NCBI GenBank assembly: GCA_051013385.1
Contig: CP143273.1
Span: 992,001-1,056,000 of the forward strand
Length of the DNA stretch: 64,000 bases
Source: Phormidium sp.
GTDB taxonomy: Bacteria > Cyanobacteriota > Cyanobacteriia > Cyanobacteriales > Aerosakkonemataceae
Direction: 5' to 3'
Shown: piece by piece, positions 40,228-49,087 of the stretch
How positions within the stretch are numbered: the stretch's first letter is position 1
Layout: every line of letters starts with the position of its first letter
The notes under the pieces: model-generated
The model's input: the letters and a program-made list of their open reading frames with translations, nothing else
Database searches by the model: none
Told to the model about the DNA's origin: nothing
Program-made: the position numbers and the translations under genes

Positions 40228-40877
40228 GGTTCTTCCGTACTTACTGTGCTAAATTTTTAGGAAAGTGCCAGAATAATAAAGCTCTTAATTCAAAATTACG
40301 GAAATTCCTAAAGCCAAATCCACAACGTTTGAGCAATTTGAGTTTATTATTAATTCCTTCCACTATTCCATTGGTTGTGTTATTTTCAAAATATCCCACT
40401 ATCTCGGCAAACCACCGCTTGATTGTAGGGACGCTTTTTCATGGTTAGATGAGCAAACTTCTACTTCTGCTAGTTTGGCATCTTTAGTACCCTAACTCTG
40501 ACAAGGCGGGAATCATTGTCATATAGAGAGGTCAAAGGCAATCAATGATTGCCTTTGACCTCTCCCCGACAGGCAAGAAATTACCTTTGACACTCCCAAT
40601 TTTATTAAGCATATTCACTTATTGACATTCGTTCTGTTTTCTTAACCTGTCACGAATGATCTCCTACACAGACTGCTGCTTAAATCAGTTCAATACTGCT
40701 CGGTTAAGTATTTTTTGCCTTTGTAGGGGCGAACGCGAGTGCGTGCCGTAGGCATTAGCATTCGGGCAGAAAATCTAGGTTTTAGGCCATAATTTTTGAC
40801 CCGAATGCTTCGCCCCTACTCAAAACCCGAGCAGTATTGCTACAGATGATAACTAGCACCATAAGTACGAGAGAGCC
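40228..40877 (-). mobile_element. Internally deleted ISL3 element of a second subfamily
   Basis: IRs GGTTCTTCCGTACTTACTGTGCTA / GGCTCTCTCGTACTTATGGTGCTA; minus strand reads TIKRWFAEIVGYFENNTTNGIVEGINNKLKLLKRCGFGFRNF; hairpin at 40526-40564. Confidence 0.85.
40691..40839. mobile_element. CAATAC-ended MITE, copy 4 (24-nt insert), inside the ISL3 remnant
   Basis: TIR CAATACTGCTCGG / CCGAGCAGTATTG; no TSD seen. Confidence 0.85.
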
Positions 40878-40944
40878 ACCTTCTTTTGCTTCTTTCTTGC
40901 GTCCTACCTGCGAGAAGGCTATGTCTAATGCAGTTCAAAAAATT

Positions 40945-41979
40945 CTAATTCTGAAATTTTCCCTCCTGCCAATTACCTTGTAACTTAGTCCCGTCAGCAT
41001 AAATATAAACCCCTTTTCCGTGCTTATCGCCATTACGAAATTCACCATCGTAACTGTCACCATTAGCATATTTACAAACAGCTTTACCATTTAAATTCCC
41101 GGCACTAAATTCTCCTTCACACCGATCGCCATTAGCAAACACATAAATTCCCCTACCGTGAAACTTCCCCTGCTGAAAATCTCCTTCATAACGGTTATTA
41201 TTCGCAAAAGTAAATACACCTTTACCATTAAATTGCCCGTCTTTAAATTCGCCTTTATAATTACCTTCTTTGGCTATGGTAAAACTTCCTTGTCCTTCCG
41301 GTTTACCATTGCGAAAACTCCCTTCATAACGATTCCCATTCGGATATTCTCTTACTCCAACACCGTTAAATTGACCATTACTAAATTCCCCTTTATAGCT
41401 ACCACCATCGGCAAAAGTATAAACGCCTTTACCACTGGGTTGATTATTACTTAACTCACCTTCGTAACGGTTTCCATTAGCATAAATACAATTGCCAATA
41501 CCGCTAATTTGACCATTAGCAACGTTTCCCGAACATTTGTTACCATTGGCGAAAATGTAAGTTCCTTTTCCATGGGGAACACCATCTTTAAATTGTCCTT
41601 CGTAACGACCTCCACCAGCTGTAATATAAACTCCTGTACCATTAGGTTGACCATTGCTAAATTCGCCTTCGTAGCGATCGCCATCTGGATATTGCCAAAC
41701 ACCTTTCCCATTAATTCGATCGTCTTTAAATTCTCCGATATAACGGCTTTTATCAGCAAAAGTATAAACTCCATTGCCCTCTTTTTTTCCGTTGACGAAA
41801 CTGCCTTCGTAGCGATCGCCATTCGCATACTGACAAACACTTTTTCCATTCAATTTTCCGTTAGTAACTTCTCCCTCACAACGACCACCATCAGGTAAAT
41901 TAATTACAGCTGCTTGCACAACTAAAGGAGAAGCAATTACAGCACAAATAGTGAATAATCCAATTCCAAATTTCAGCAT
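40945..41979 (-). CDS. Secreted MORN-repeat protein (13-14 repeats)
   Basis: Signal peptide followed by 23-aa YEGEF.NG...G.G repeats. Confidence 0.92.
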   Translation of the reverse strand: MLKFGIGLFTICAVIASPLVVQAAVINLPDGGRCEGEVTNGKLNGKSVCQYANGDRYEGSFVNGKKEGNGVYTFADKSRYIGEFKDDRINGKGVWQYPDGDRYEGEFSNGQPNGTGVYITAGGGRYEGQFKDGVPHGKGTYIFANGNKCSGNVANGQISGIGNCIYANGNRYEGELSNNQPSGKGVYTFADGGSYKGEFSNGQFNGVGVREYPNGNRYEGSFRNGKPEGQGSFTIAKEGNYKGEFKDGQFNGKGVFTFANNNRYEGDFQQGKFHGRGIYVFANGDRCEGEFSAGNLNGKAVCKYANGDSYDGEFRNGDKHGKGVYIYADGTKLQGNWQEGKFQN

Positions 41980-41984
41980 AAACT

Positions 41985-43787
41985 CTAATTTTTTCTATCT
42001 AAACTTTCCTGACCTTGAAGTTCTCTTTCTCGCCGTTGACGCTCATTTTCTTCTCGACGTTCACGCGCTTGGCGCTCAAAATCAGAACCGCTTGTAGCAA
42101 AATTAATTGCTAATTTTACGGTTCTAATTCCTTCATCTGGAGGCGCAAATCTCATTTTTCGCACCGCTTCCACAGCTACTTCATCCAATTTGTTATTACC
42201 ACTAGATTCAACTAATCGCGGCTCGGCTGTGCTACCATCAGCTTTAACTACAAATTGAATTACTGGTCTACCTTCCACATTCTCCAAATCTGAAGGATAC
42301 TCAGGATTACATTCGCTAACACAACGCAATCCTCCACCTCTTCCACTTCTTCTAGCTGTCTGGCGATTTCCGCCTGTATTTTCCCCTTCTTGTCTCGTAT
42401 TTCTTCTAGCTGGTGGTTGATTAACTGCAACTCCTGTAGAAGTTCCCGGAATAGTCGGCGAAATATTACTATTAGTTGTACTGGTAGAAGTATTATTGTT
42501 GTTACTAAAACTGTCTCTAAATCCTCGGTTATTAGTAGCAGTTTGTAATGGTTTACTTCCGCCTACAGGTCGATTGTTTGGGCGTTGATTATTTGCTGTT
42601 ACTTCTCCTGGAATTCCGGGAGAAGCAGCGGAAATATCATCGGTTGGATTAGTAGTTGTTGGAGAGCTATTGGGATTAGCAAAACTATTTCTAAATGCCC
42701 GATTCCTGCTTGAATAACTTTGTAAAGCTTGAGTGGTTGCTGTTGGTTTATTAGAAGAATTTTCTTGATTTGTTGTTACTTCTCCTGGTGTTCCCGGATT
42801 AGTAAAAGAAGCATCATCACCCGGATTCGCGCCAGTTGTTGAGTTATTGGTAGCAGCAATTCGATCGCGAAATTCCCGATTTACTGCTCTAGATGATTCT
42901 ATAGGTTGACTGGTAATTCTGGAACTATTTACAGGTGGTTGTTGATTTGCTGTTAATCCTCCTGGTAAATTTGGTTTTTCTTCTGTAGCTGTTTCATTTT
43001 CCACAGGTTCCGACTCCACCAACTGCTCTTTAAAATCCCTACCATTTGCTAAAGGAGTTGGCAAAGGTTGCGAAGTATTAGGTGTTTCTGTTTCCGCTTT
43101 TGTGGGTTGAGGGTTAGGTTTTTGTAGTTCTTCTTTAGGATTTTCCTCAATTCTTGGCGGAGGTAATCTTTCTGCAACTTTTTCGGGTTCTGGCGGGGTG
43201 GGAGTTTTTATTGGGTCATTTATTTCTTTTGGTTCTTCAGGTGTTTCTAAAGGTTTTGGTGCTTCTACTTTTGTTGGTGGAGTGTCTATTTTTGGTGTGG
43301 GAATTGGTTCTGGTGTGGGTGTGGGAATTGGTTCTGGTGTGGGTGTGGGAATTGGTTCTGGTGTGGGTGTGGGAATTGGTTCTGGTGTGGGTGTGGGAAT
43401 TGGTTCTGGTGTGGGTGTGGGAATTGGTTCTGGTGTGGGTGTGGGAATTGGTTCTGGTGTGGGTGTGGGAATTGGTTCTGGTGTGGGTGTGGGAATTGGT
43501 TCTGGTGTGGGTGTGGTAACTACTTTTTCTGATGTCGGCGTAACTACTGGTTGTGGGGTTGGTTTTGGTGTTTCTACTTCCGGCTGTTTAATTTCGGGTT
43601 CTGGTGCATCCAAAACTACTATCTCAATTGGATCGTCTGCCAAAGAGGGTTCTTTTGCCAATAGGGCAAACCCGAAAGCTAAAACTAGATGCAATGCGGC
43701 TGAGCCTGCAATGCTGTAAGCCAGAATGCTTTTAAGTGCTGCTTTCTCTTTTTCTCTTTGTTCTAAACAAAAGCTGGAAATGGTCAT
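41985..43787 (-). CDS. tonB: TonB-family energy transducer with a very long Pro/Asn-rich linker
   Basis: N-terminal TM with SAALH; Pro-rich repeats; C-terminal PEYP..EG..SSG...LD..A.EAV; divergent from exbBD. Confidence 0.88.
   Translation of the reverse strand: MTISSFCLEQREKEKAALKSILAYSIAGSAALHLVLAFGFALLAKEPSLADDPIEIVVLDAPEPEIKQPEVETPKPTPQPVVTPTSEKVVTTPTPEPIPTPTPEPIPTPTPEPIPTPTPEPIPTPTPEPIPTPTPEPIPTPTPEPIPTPTPEPIPTPTPEPIPTPKIDTPPTKVEAPKPLETPEEPKEINDPIKTPTPPEPEKVAERLPPPRIEENPKEELQKPNPQPTKAETETPNTSQPLPTPLANGRDFKEQLVESEPVENETATEEKPNLPGGLTANQQPPVNSSRITSQPIESSRAVNREFRDRIAATNNSTTGANPGDDASFTNPGTPGEVTTNQENSSNKPTATTQALQSYSSRNRAFRNSFANPNSSPTTTNPTDDISAASPGIPGEVTANNQRPNNRPVGGSKPLQTATNNRGFRDSFSNNNNTSTSTTNSNISPTIPGTSTGVAVNQPPARRNTRQEGENTGGNRQTARRSGRGGGLRCVSECNPEYPSDLENVEGRPVIQFVVKADGSTAEPRLVESSGNNKLDEVAVEAVRKMRFAPPDEGIRTVKLAINFATSGSDFERQARERREENERQRRERELQGQESLDRKN
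43294..43516. repeat. Nine perfect tandem copies of a 24-bp unit encoding TPTPEPIP
   Basis: GGTGTGGGAATTGGTTCTGGTGTG x9 plus a partial copy. Confidence 0.95.
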
Positions 43788-43869
43788 CCCCTAAAGTTTT
43801 TCCCCTAATGCACATTAAACTTTGGCGACAAACTGACGCTTTGTGCGATCGAGGTCTGTCACCTCCTGT

Positions 43870-43884
43870 TGAAAATAATTTTCA
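43870..43884. promoter_or_regulatory. Fur-box-like 7-1-7 palindrome between tonB and exbB
   Basis: TGAAAAT-A-ATTTTCA, compared with the Fur consensus TGATAAT-N-ATTATCA. Confidence 0.65.
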
Positions 43885-44125
43885 CTTAATTGGATAACTT
43901 AGAACGATCGTGTGCAAATGTCAATCCCAGCTGTTTTGTCTGTCAAAAATTATAAAGTTCTTTAATAACAAGCGGTTTAGCCTAGCTACCGTCCCTAAAG
44001 AAATGTGAAAAATTCTTAAAAAGATTTTGGCTATTGCAATTATTTGGTTTTCGGTTAAGATTTTTATTGCGAATATTTTTAAATTATTCGGTACAATACT
44101 CCTGAGTAAAAGTTGAAGAAAGTAT

Positions 44126-44776
44126 ATGAAAGCAGCAGTTGAGTATTTTTTGGCTGGCGGAATAGTCGCTTGGCCTTTGTTAGGATTTTCCATAGTTGCG
44201 ATCGCATTCATTATCGAACGCTCTTTATTCTGGTTCAAGGTGCATCGTCGTCAGAATCTAATAGTGCGAGAGGCGTTGAAACTGTATCCCCTAAAGCCTA
44301 GTACAGCAATCAAATTACTTAAGCAAAATGCAGACTTACCGATGGCTCGAATTTTCCTAGAAGCTTTAGAGTTGGATAATCCTAATCCAGAAGAGTTTCG
44401 CTTAGCTTTGGAAAGCGCTGCACAGGCAGAAATACCGACATTTAAACGATTTAGTAATGTTTTTGAAACCATTATTGCCTTATCTCCTTTATTAGGCTTG
44501 TTAGGAACTGTTTTAGGCTTAATGACTGCTTTTTCTTCCCTAAGACTTGGTGATGTAGCAGGAACTCAAGCTACTGGTGTAACTGGTGGTATTAGTGAAG
44601 CGTTAGTTTCCACAGTTATGGGATTAGTAGTAGCAATTGCCACCTTAATGTTTGCCAATACGTTTCGCAGTTTTTACTTACGACAATTGGCACTGATCCA
44701 AGAATATGGTGGTCAATTGGAATTATTATATCGTCGTCATTACGAACAAGGAAAAGAAACCTATGCGTCTACCTGA
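44126..44776 (+). CDS. exbB: MotA/TolQ/ExbB proton channel protein
   Basis: PLLGLLGTVLG, GISEALVST.MGL. Confidence 0.93.
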   Translation: MKAAVEYFLAGGIVAWPLLGFSIVAIAFIIERSLFWFKVHRRQNLIVREALKLYPLKPSTAIKLLKQNADLPMARIFLEALELDNPNPEEFRLALESAAQAEIPTFKRFSNVFETIIALSPLLGLLGTVLGLMTAFSSLRLGDVAGTQATGVTGGISEALVSTVMGLVVAIATLMFANTFRSFYLRQLALIQEYGGQLELLYRRHYEQGKETYAST

Positions 44777-45161
44777 AGAATCAGAAAACCGTGCGGAAAT
44801 TAATATTACACCGATGATTGATGTAATATTTTCCATTTTGGCTTATTTCATTGTTTCTTCTTTATCGTTAACTCGATCGGAAGGGTTGCCTGTAAATTTA
44901 CCTCAAGCTTCTACTGCACAAACCCAAAAAACGGAACAAATTAACGTATCAATTTTACCCGATGGTGCGATCGCTCTGAATCGCCAACCAATAGAGTTAG
45001 AAAAGTTAGAAGCGGAAGTAAAAACTAAAATTGCTCCTAACACTGAAGCCTTGGTAATTTTAAATGCAGATAAAGCTGTCGATCATGGTCGGGTAGTGGA
45101 AATAATGGATCGATTACGTCGGGTAAAAGGGGCTAAATTAGCGATCGCCACTCAAAAATAA
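44763..45161 (+). CDS. exbD: Biopolymer transporter ExbD
   Basis: INITPMIDV, LPVNLP, ADKAVDHG; ATG at 44763 overlaps exbB. Confidence 0.93.
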   Translation: MRLPEESENRAEINITPMIDVIFSILAYFIVSSLSLTRSEGLPVNLPQASTAQTQKTEQINVSILPDGAIALNRQPIELEKLEAEVKTKIAPNTEALVILNADKAVDHGRVVEIMDRLRRVKGAKLAIATQK

Positions 45162-45162
45162 T

Positions 45163-45804
45163 GGCTCTCCCCTAAAGTCTGTGATCAACCTAACTTATCA
45201 ACAACTCTTCATATCAGACAGAAACTCTGGCAAACCCTCTATTAAAGAGGGTTTGCCAGAGTTTCTGTAGAAAAATGATCTGTAGAAATACGAGAACTGG
45301 TACATTCAGTAGACCGAAAAGTTTTGCGATCGCCACAGCAGATCGGGTCTTTGTTGGCTTAAGGGCTCAGAAAAATGTATTCAGTAATACATTTTTCTGA
45401 AAAACAGTAATGAAGTGTTATATAAGTAAAACTAATTAATGATTGATTCCGTCCTCAGCCGTTAATCAGGAGGAAGCCGACAAATTTTCTCCAATTTATT
45501 TACTCTTAAACAGATGTTGGAATTTTTACGTCAAACTATCGACCGTCGTTATCAAGTCGCTCACCAAATTTACCTGCCTCTGGTTTGACGAAAGGCAGGT
45601 AAACGCCCTTAATCCATAAGATTTATTAATCTTTGTTCGGCAATTAACCAACCTTGAGTGAAAATGAAAATTTTGTATCACCAGCTACATTTTGAGAGCG
45701 ATCGCAAAACTTTTCGGTCTACTGACAATAGATCTGGTTTTTCAGGTCTTGTTGAGAATGGCGCAAGATCTGAGTTAAATTAGCTCACTAAGTACGGGAG
45801 AGCC
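45163..45804. mobile_element. Nested remnant bounded by two ISL3 ends
   Basis: The GGCTCTCCCC end is homologous to 18960-19102; the other end GGCTCTCCCGTACTTA is homologous to 40877; flanks AAAATAAT/AAGATAAT. Confidence 0.75.
45307..45724. mobile_element. 418-bp non-autonomous element with perfect 27-bp TIRs (ISH3-like ends)
   Basis: CAGTAGACCGAAAAGTTTTGCGATCGC at both ends; 5-bp TSD ACATT/ACAAT. Confidence 0.85.
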
Positions 45805-45824
45805 AAGATAATTGGCTAATTAAC

Positions 45825-48005
45825 TCAGTTAATAGAAATAACAGATTCTATCAAGTCTAGTATCCTTGATTCATCAAATTCGGAGGCTAAGGTGAGGATG
45901 CGATCGCAAAAAACTTGATACAAAGGATTCATTTGTGCCAGTCGTTTTGCTTCTTCTTCTACTTCTTCAATATCGCCGATTTTAATTGCTTGGTAGAGGG
46001 TTTTTAACTCTTCTGAAGTTGGGAGAATTATCTCGGTTTTTTCCGGTGTAACTTCAGTTTTTGTTTCAGCATATATCCATTGTAAATTAAGATATTTTTG
46101 CATAAGCATGAGCATTTTTCCCAAGTTAATTGGCTTTTCTATAAAATCATTACATCCAGCGGCGATCGCTAAACTTTGATCTGCCTGAGATACACTGGCA
46201 CTCGCTGCCAATATTGGTAATTCTTGCGAGTAAGATTGGCGAATTGTTCGCGCTAACTCATAACCATCCATTTTTGGCATGACAATATCGGTGATTACTA
46301 AATCAGGTTGAAATTCTGCTAGTTGTTTTAGTCCTTCTCGTCCATTTTCTGCTTCTGCAATCAGAAATCCTAATGGCTTTAAAACTTCAGCAATTACAAT
46401 GCGATTCACAGGTCGATCGTCAACAATTAGTACTTTTTTCGCTTCTCCAATATAGCCAATAATCTTGCCTTGTTCGCTCGAAGCAGCACTACTCACCCAT
46501 TCATCTGAAAGCAACAAATCTATTTCAAACCAAAATGTACTCCCAGCATTTAACGTACTGTTTACTTCAACTTTACTGCCCATCATTTCCACAATTTGAC
46601 GACAGATTGCTAGTCCTAAACCTGTACCTTCTGATTGCTTCGATTGAGAACCAACTTGTTCAAAAGGGAGAAAGATTTTTTCTAGTTGATCTTGACTCAT
46701 CCCTACTCCTGTGTCTTTAATAATAAAGCGAATTTTAGTAAAATTAGTTTGGGAGTTCAAATTTAATAATTGTACTTGAAAAATTACTTGACCGCGATCG
46801 GTAAATTTAATTGCATTTCCTAATAAATTGAGTAACACTTGACGCAGACGTTTTTCGTCCGTTTTTACCCCAGAAGGGAGATTTTCATCAGAGATAAATT
46901 TTAGAGATATGCCCTTATTTTCAGCACGAACACGAGCAATTTCTGCTACACCAACTAAAAAAGATGGAAAATGAAAATCTTTAGGAAAAAGTTCCATTTT
47001 TCGAGCTTCTATTTTAGCCAAATCAAGAATATCGTTAATTAGGGTTAATAAGTGAGAGCCAGCTTGTTCAATTACGTCTATACCTTTGCGATGTTCGTTA
47101 AGGTCTTGGGCGCGGTGCATGATTTGAGTGTAGCCAAGAATGCCGTTTAAAGGGGTGCGTAACTCGTGACTCATGTTGGCGAGAAATTCGCTTTTGGCTT
47201 GGTTGGCTGCATTGGCAAGATCCTTTTTTATTTCTAAATCGTGATAAGATTCTACTAATTTAATTGTCATCCGGTTAAATTCTCTGGCTAATTGTTCGAT
47301 TTCATCGCCAGTCTGGATATCTAATCTATAGTCCAAATTACCATCTCTAATTGTCGTCACTCCCGCCTGAAGTTTTTTAATAGACCATACTGCTGGTAGT
47401 AAAATTAGGAAAAACTGTCCAGTGAGAACTAGCAAAGTAAAAACCAGAATTCCCCACTTGATAATTCGCTCGGTTTCGTTGAGATTTTGCCCAGCTTGAA
47501 TAGCTAAGTTTTGCTGTTCCTGAAAATTTTTAATAATTTTAGAAGTGTAAAAGTTAATATCTCGATTAAAAATATTAATGGCTCTATAATCTTCCTTCAC
47601 ATCTGCTAAAGGACGACTATTTTTACTAACAACAGCTTGACTAATTTCGCTAGCCAAGCGATCGAACATTTGATACCGACGATAGACAATTTCCAAGTCT
47701 TTAGTCTCAGGACTAAGTTTTTGCATTTCATCTAATGTTGATAGAAAATTTTGCTTTTCTGTTTGATATTCAGCAATTTTTACTTGAGGATTTTCTAGTA
47801 CTAACAAATCTTTTAAAATGATAATTTGCTGTCCTAGAATAGCATCTATTGTCTGAGCATCACTAATTAGTTTTAGGCTTTTATAATGGGCTTCCTCTAC
47901 ATTATTACGCACCCGTTCTAGTAAAATATTACTCGTTGCTATAGCAATGACAATCATTCCCACAGTAATGACAGATGAACTCAAGAATTTTTGCCATATT
48001 TTCAT
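45825..48005 (-). CDS. Hybrid histidine kinase (2 TM, periplasmic helical domain, HAMP, HisKA, HATPase, REC)
   Basis: [32 protein letters not shown]. Confidence 0.93.
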   Translation of the reverse strand: MKIWQKFLSSSVITVGMIVIAIATSNILLERVRNNVEEAHYKSLKLISDAQTIDAILGQQIIILKDLLVLENPQVKIAEYQTEKQNFLSTLDEMQKLSPETKDLEIVYRRYQMFDRLASEISQAVVSKNSRPLADVKEDYRAINIFNRDINFYTSKIIKNFQEQQNLAIQAGQNLNETERIIKWGILVFTLLVLTGQFFLILLPAVWSIKKLQAGVTTIRDGNLDYRLDIQTGDEIEQLAREFNRMTIKLVESYHDLEIKKDLANAANQAKSEFLANMSHELRTPLNGILGYTQIMHRAQDLNEHRKGIDVIEQAGSHLLTLINDILDLAKIEARKMELFPKDFHFPSFLVGVAEIARVRAENKGISLKFISDENLPSGVKTDEKRLRQVLLNLLGNAIKFTDRGQVIFQVQLLNLNSQTNFTKIRFIIKDTGVGMSQDQLEKIFLPFEQVGSQSKQSEGTGLGLAICRQIVEMMGSKVEVNSTLNAGSTFWFEIDLLLSDEWVSSAASSEQGKIIGYIGEAKKVLIVDDRPVNRIVIAEVLKPLGFLIAEAENGREGLKQLAEFQPDLVITDIVMPKMDGYELARTIRQSYSQELPILAASASVSQADQSLAIAAGCNDFIEKPINLGKMLMLMQKYLNLQWIYAETKTEVTPEKTEIILPTSEELKTLYQAIKIGDIEEVEEEAKRLAQMNPLYQVFCDRILTLASEFDESRILDLIESVISIN

Positions 48006-48961
48006 TTTGTACTACCCAATCTTTCATCTAATTGTTTTTTAACTTGCCTAACCCGATCGTAGTCTGAGTCTTGCATTAAGGTATATCCATTAGAGGGAAT
48101 ACCATCGCCAGTAAACATTCCTACAGGGCTACTAACAAATGCGTCTTTCAGGTCAACAATAAGCTCAGGTGGTAGTTTTTGAGACACAACAATAGGAGAT
48201 TCAGGAATTGGTTCTGATGTCCAAATTACCTGATAAGAATCATTGATTTTACCTGTTGCTTTAGCTTGATTATAAATATCTAACTCAATAGCTACAGCAT
48301 CAACCTGTCTTTCGAGTAGTGCAGTAAAGGTTTTATCGTGGGATTTATAAAACTGAATTGAGGCAAAGTCGCTATCAAAATTAAAACCTAGATCTAATAA
48401 ATGAACAGCAGGAAACATATAGCCTGATGTTGATAGTTTACTAACAAAACCAAGCCGCTTACCTTTAAGATTGTTAAGGGTTTTAATTCCACGTGCAGAA
48501 TTAACAACTATAGCGGACTTATACCAAGGTCTTCCGGTGCTTTTATTAATAGCAGCTGCGATCGCTTCAATTTGCGGATTGCGTTGTTTTGCTTCAATAT
48601 AACTTAGTGGCCCTAATCTGGCGACTTGTACTTTTCCTTCTACTAGCAAATTAACAGCAGTATTGTAGTCTTTGGCTTCTTCAATAAATACAGGTCGTTT
48701 CAGAGTTTTGTTAAGATATTCAGCTAAAGTTTGTTTTTGTTCTTTTCGTTGTGCTTGATTCGCATTAACGAGAAATGCGATTTTTAAACTTGTTGGTACA
48801 TTTTCAGGATTAGTTTTATTACTTGACTTTAGCTGAGGTTTATTGTTAATAGCAGTAGACATATTACAAGCAGTCTGAGTTACAATTATTGCCGGGAATA
48901 CTAGAGCAATCAGAACCATCTTTAATAAATTAAATTGTCGCTGGAAATCGAAGTGCATCAC
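48002..48961 (-). CDS. PhnD/PtxB-like substrate-binding lipoprotein
   Basis: TAC lipobox, GPLSY, LSTSGY, SHD; stop overlaps the kinase start (ATGA). Confidence 0.85.
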   Translation of the reverse strand: MMHFDFQRQFNLLKMVLIALVFPAIIVTQTACNMSTAINNKPQLKSSNKTNPENVPTSLKIAFLVNANQAQRKEQKQTLAEYLNKTLKRPVFIEEAKDYNTAVNLLVEGKVQVARLGPLSYIEAKQRNPQIEAIAAAINKSTGRPWYKSAIVVNSARGIKTLNNLKGKRLGFVSKLSTSGYMFPAVHLLDLGFNFDSDFASIQFYKSHDKTFTALLERQVDAVAIELDIYNQAKATGKINDSYQVIWTSEPIPESPIVVSQKLPPELIVDLKDAFVSSPVGMFTGDGIPSNGYTLMQDSDYDRVRQVKKQLDERLGSTK

Positions 48962-49087
48962 TCAATGTTCCTTAAAATAGATAATTAATATTATACTAAT
49001 ATTTTGATGATTGGTAAGTTTAGTAAAGGTTAAAATTTGATTATCAAAAAATAGAAAATAGCGGTTTTTAAGTTTTGTGTTTAGAGT

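Noticed and set aside
43294..43516. Regular 24-bp repeat array as a possible CRISPR
   Set aside because: No spacers; it is an in-frame coding tandem repeat within tonB, and no cas genes are present
43154..43719. Plus-strand ORFs with WELVLVWV or GVGIGS repeats
   Set aside because: Antisense shadows of the tonB repeat
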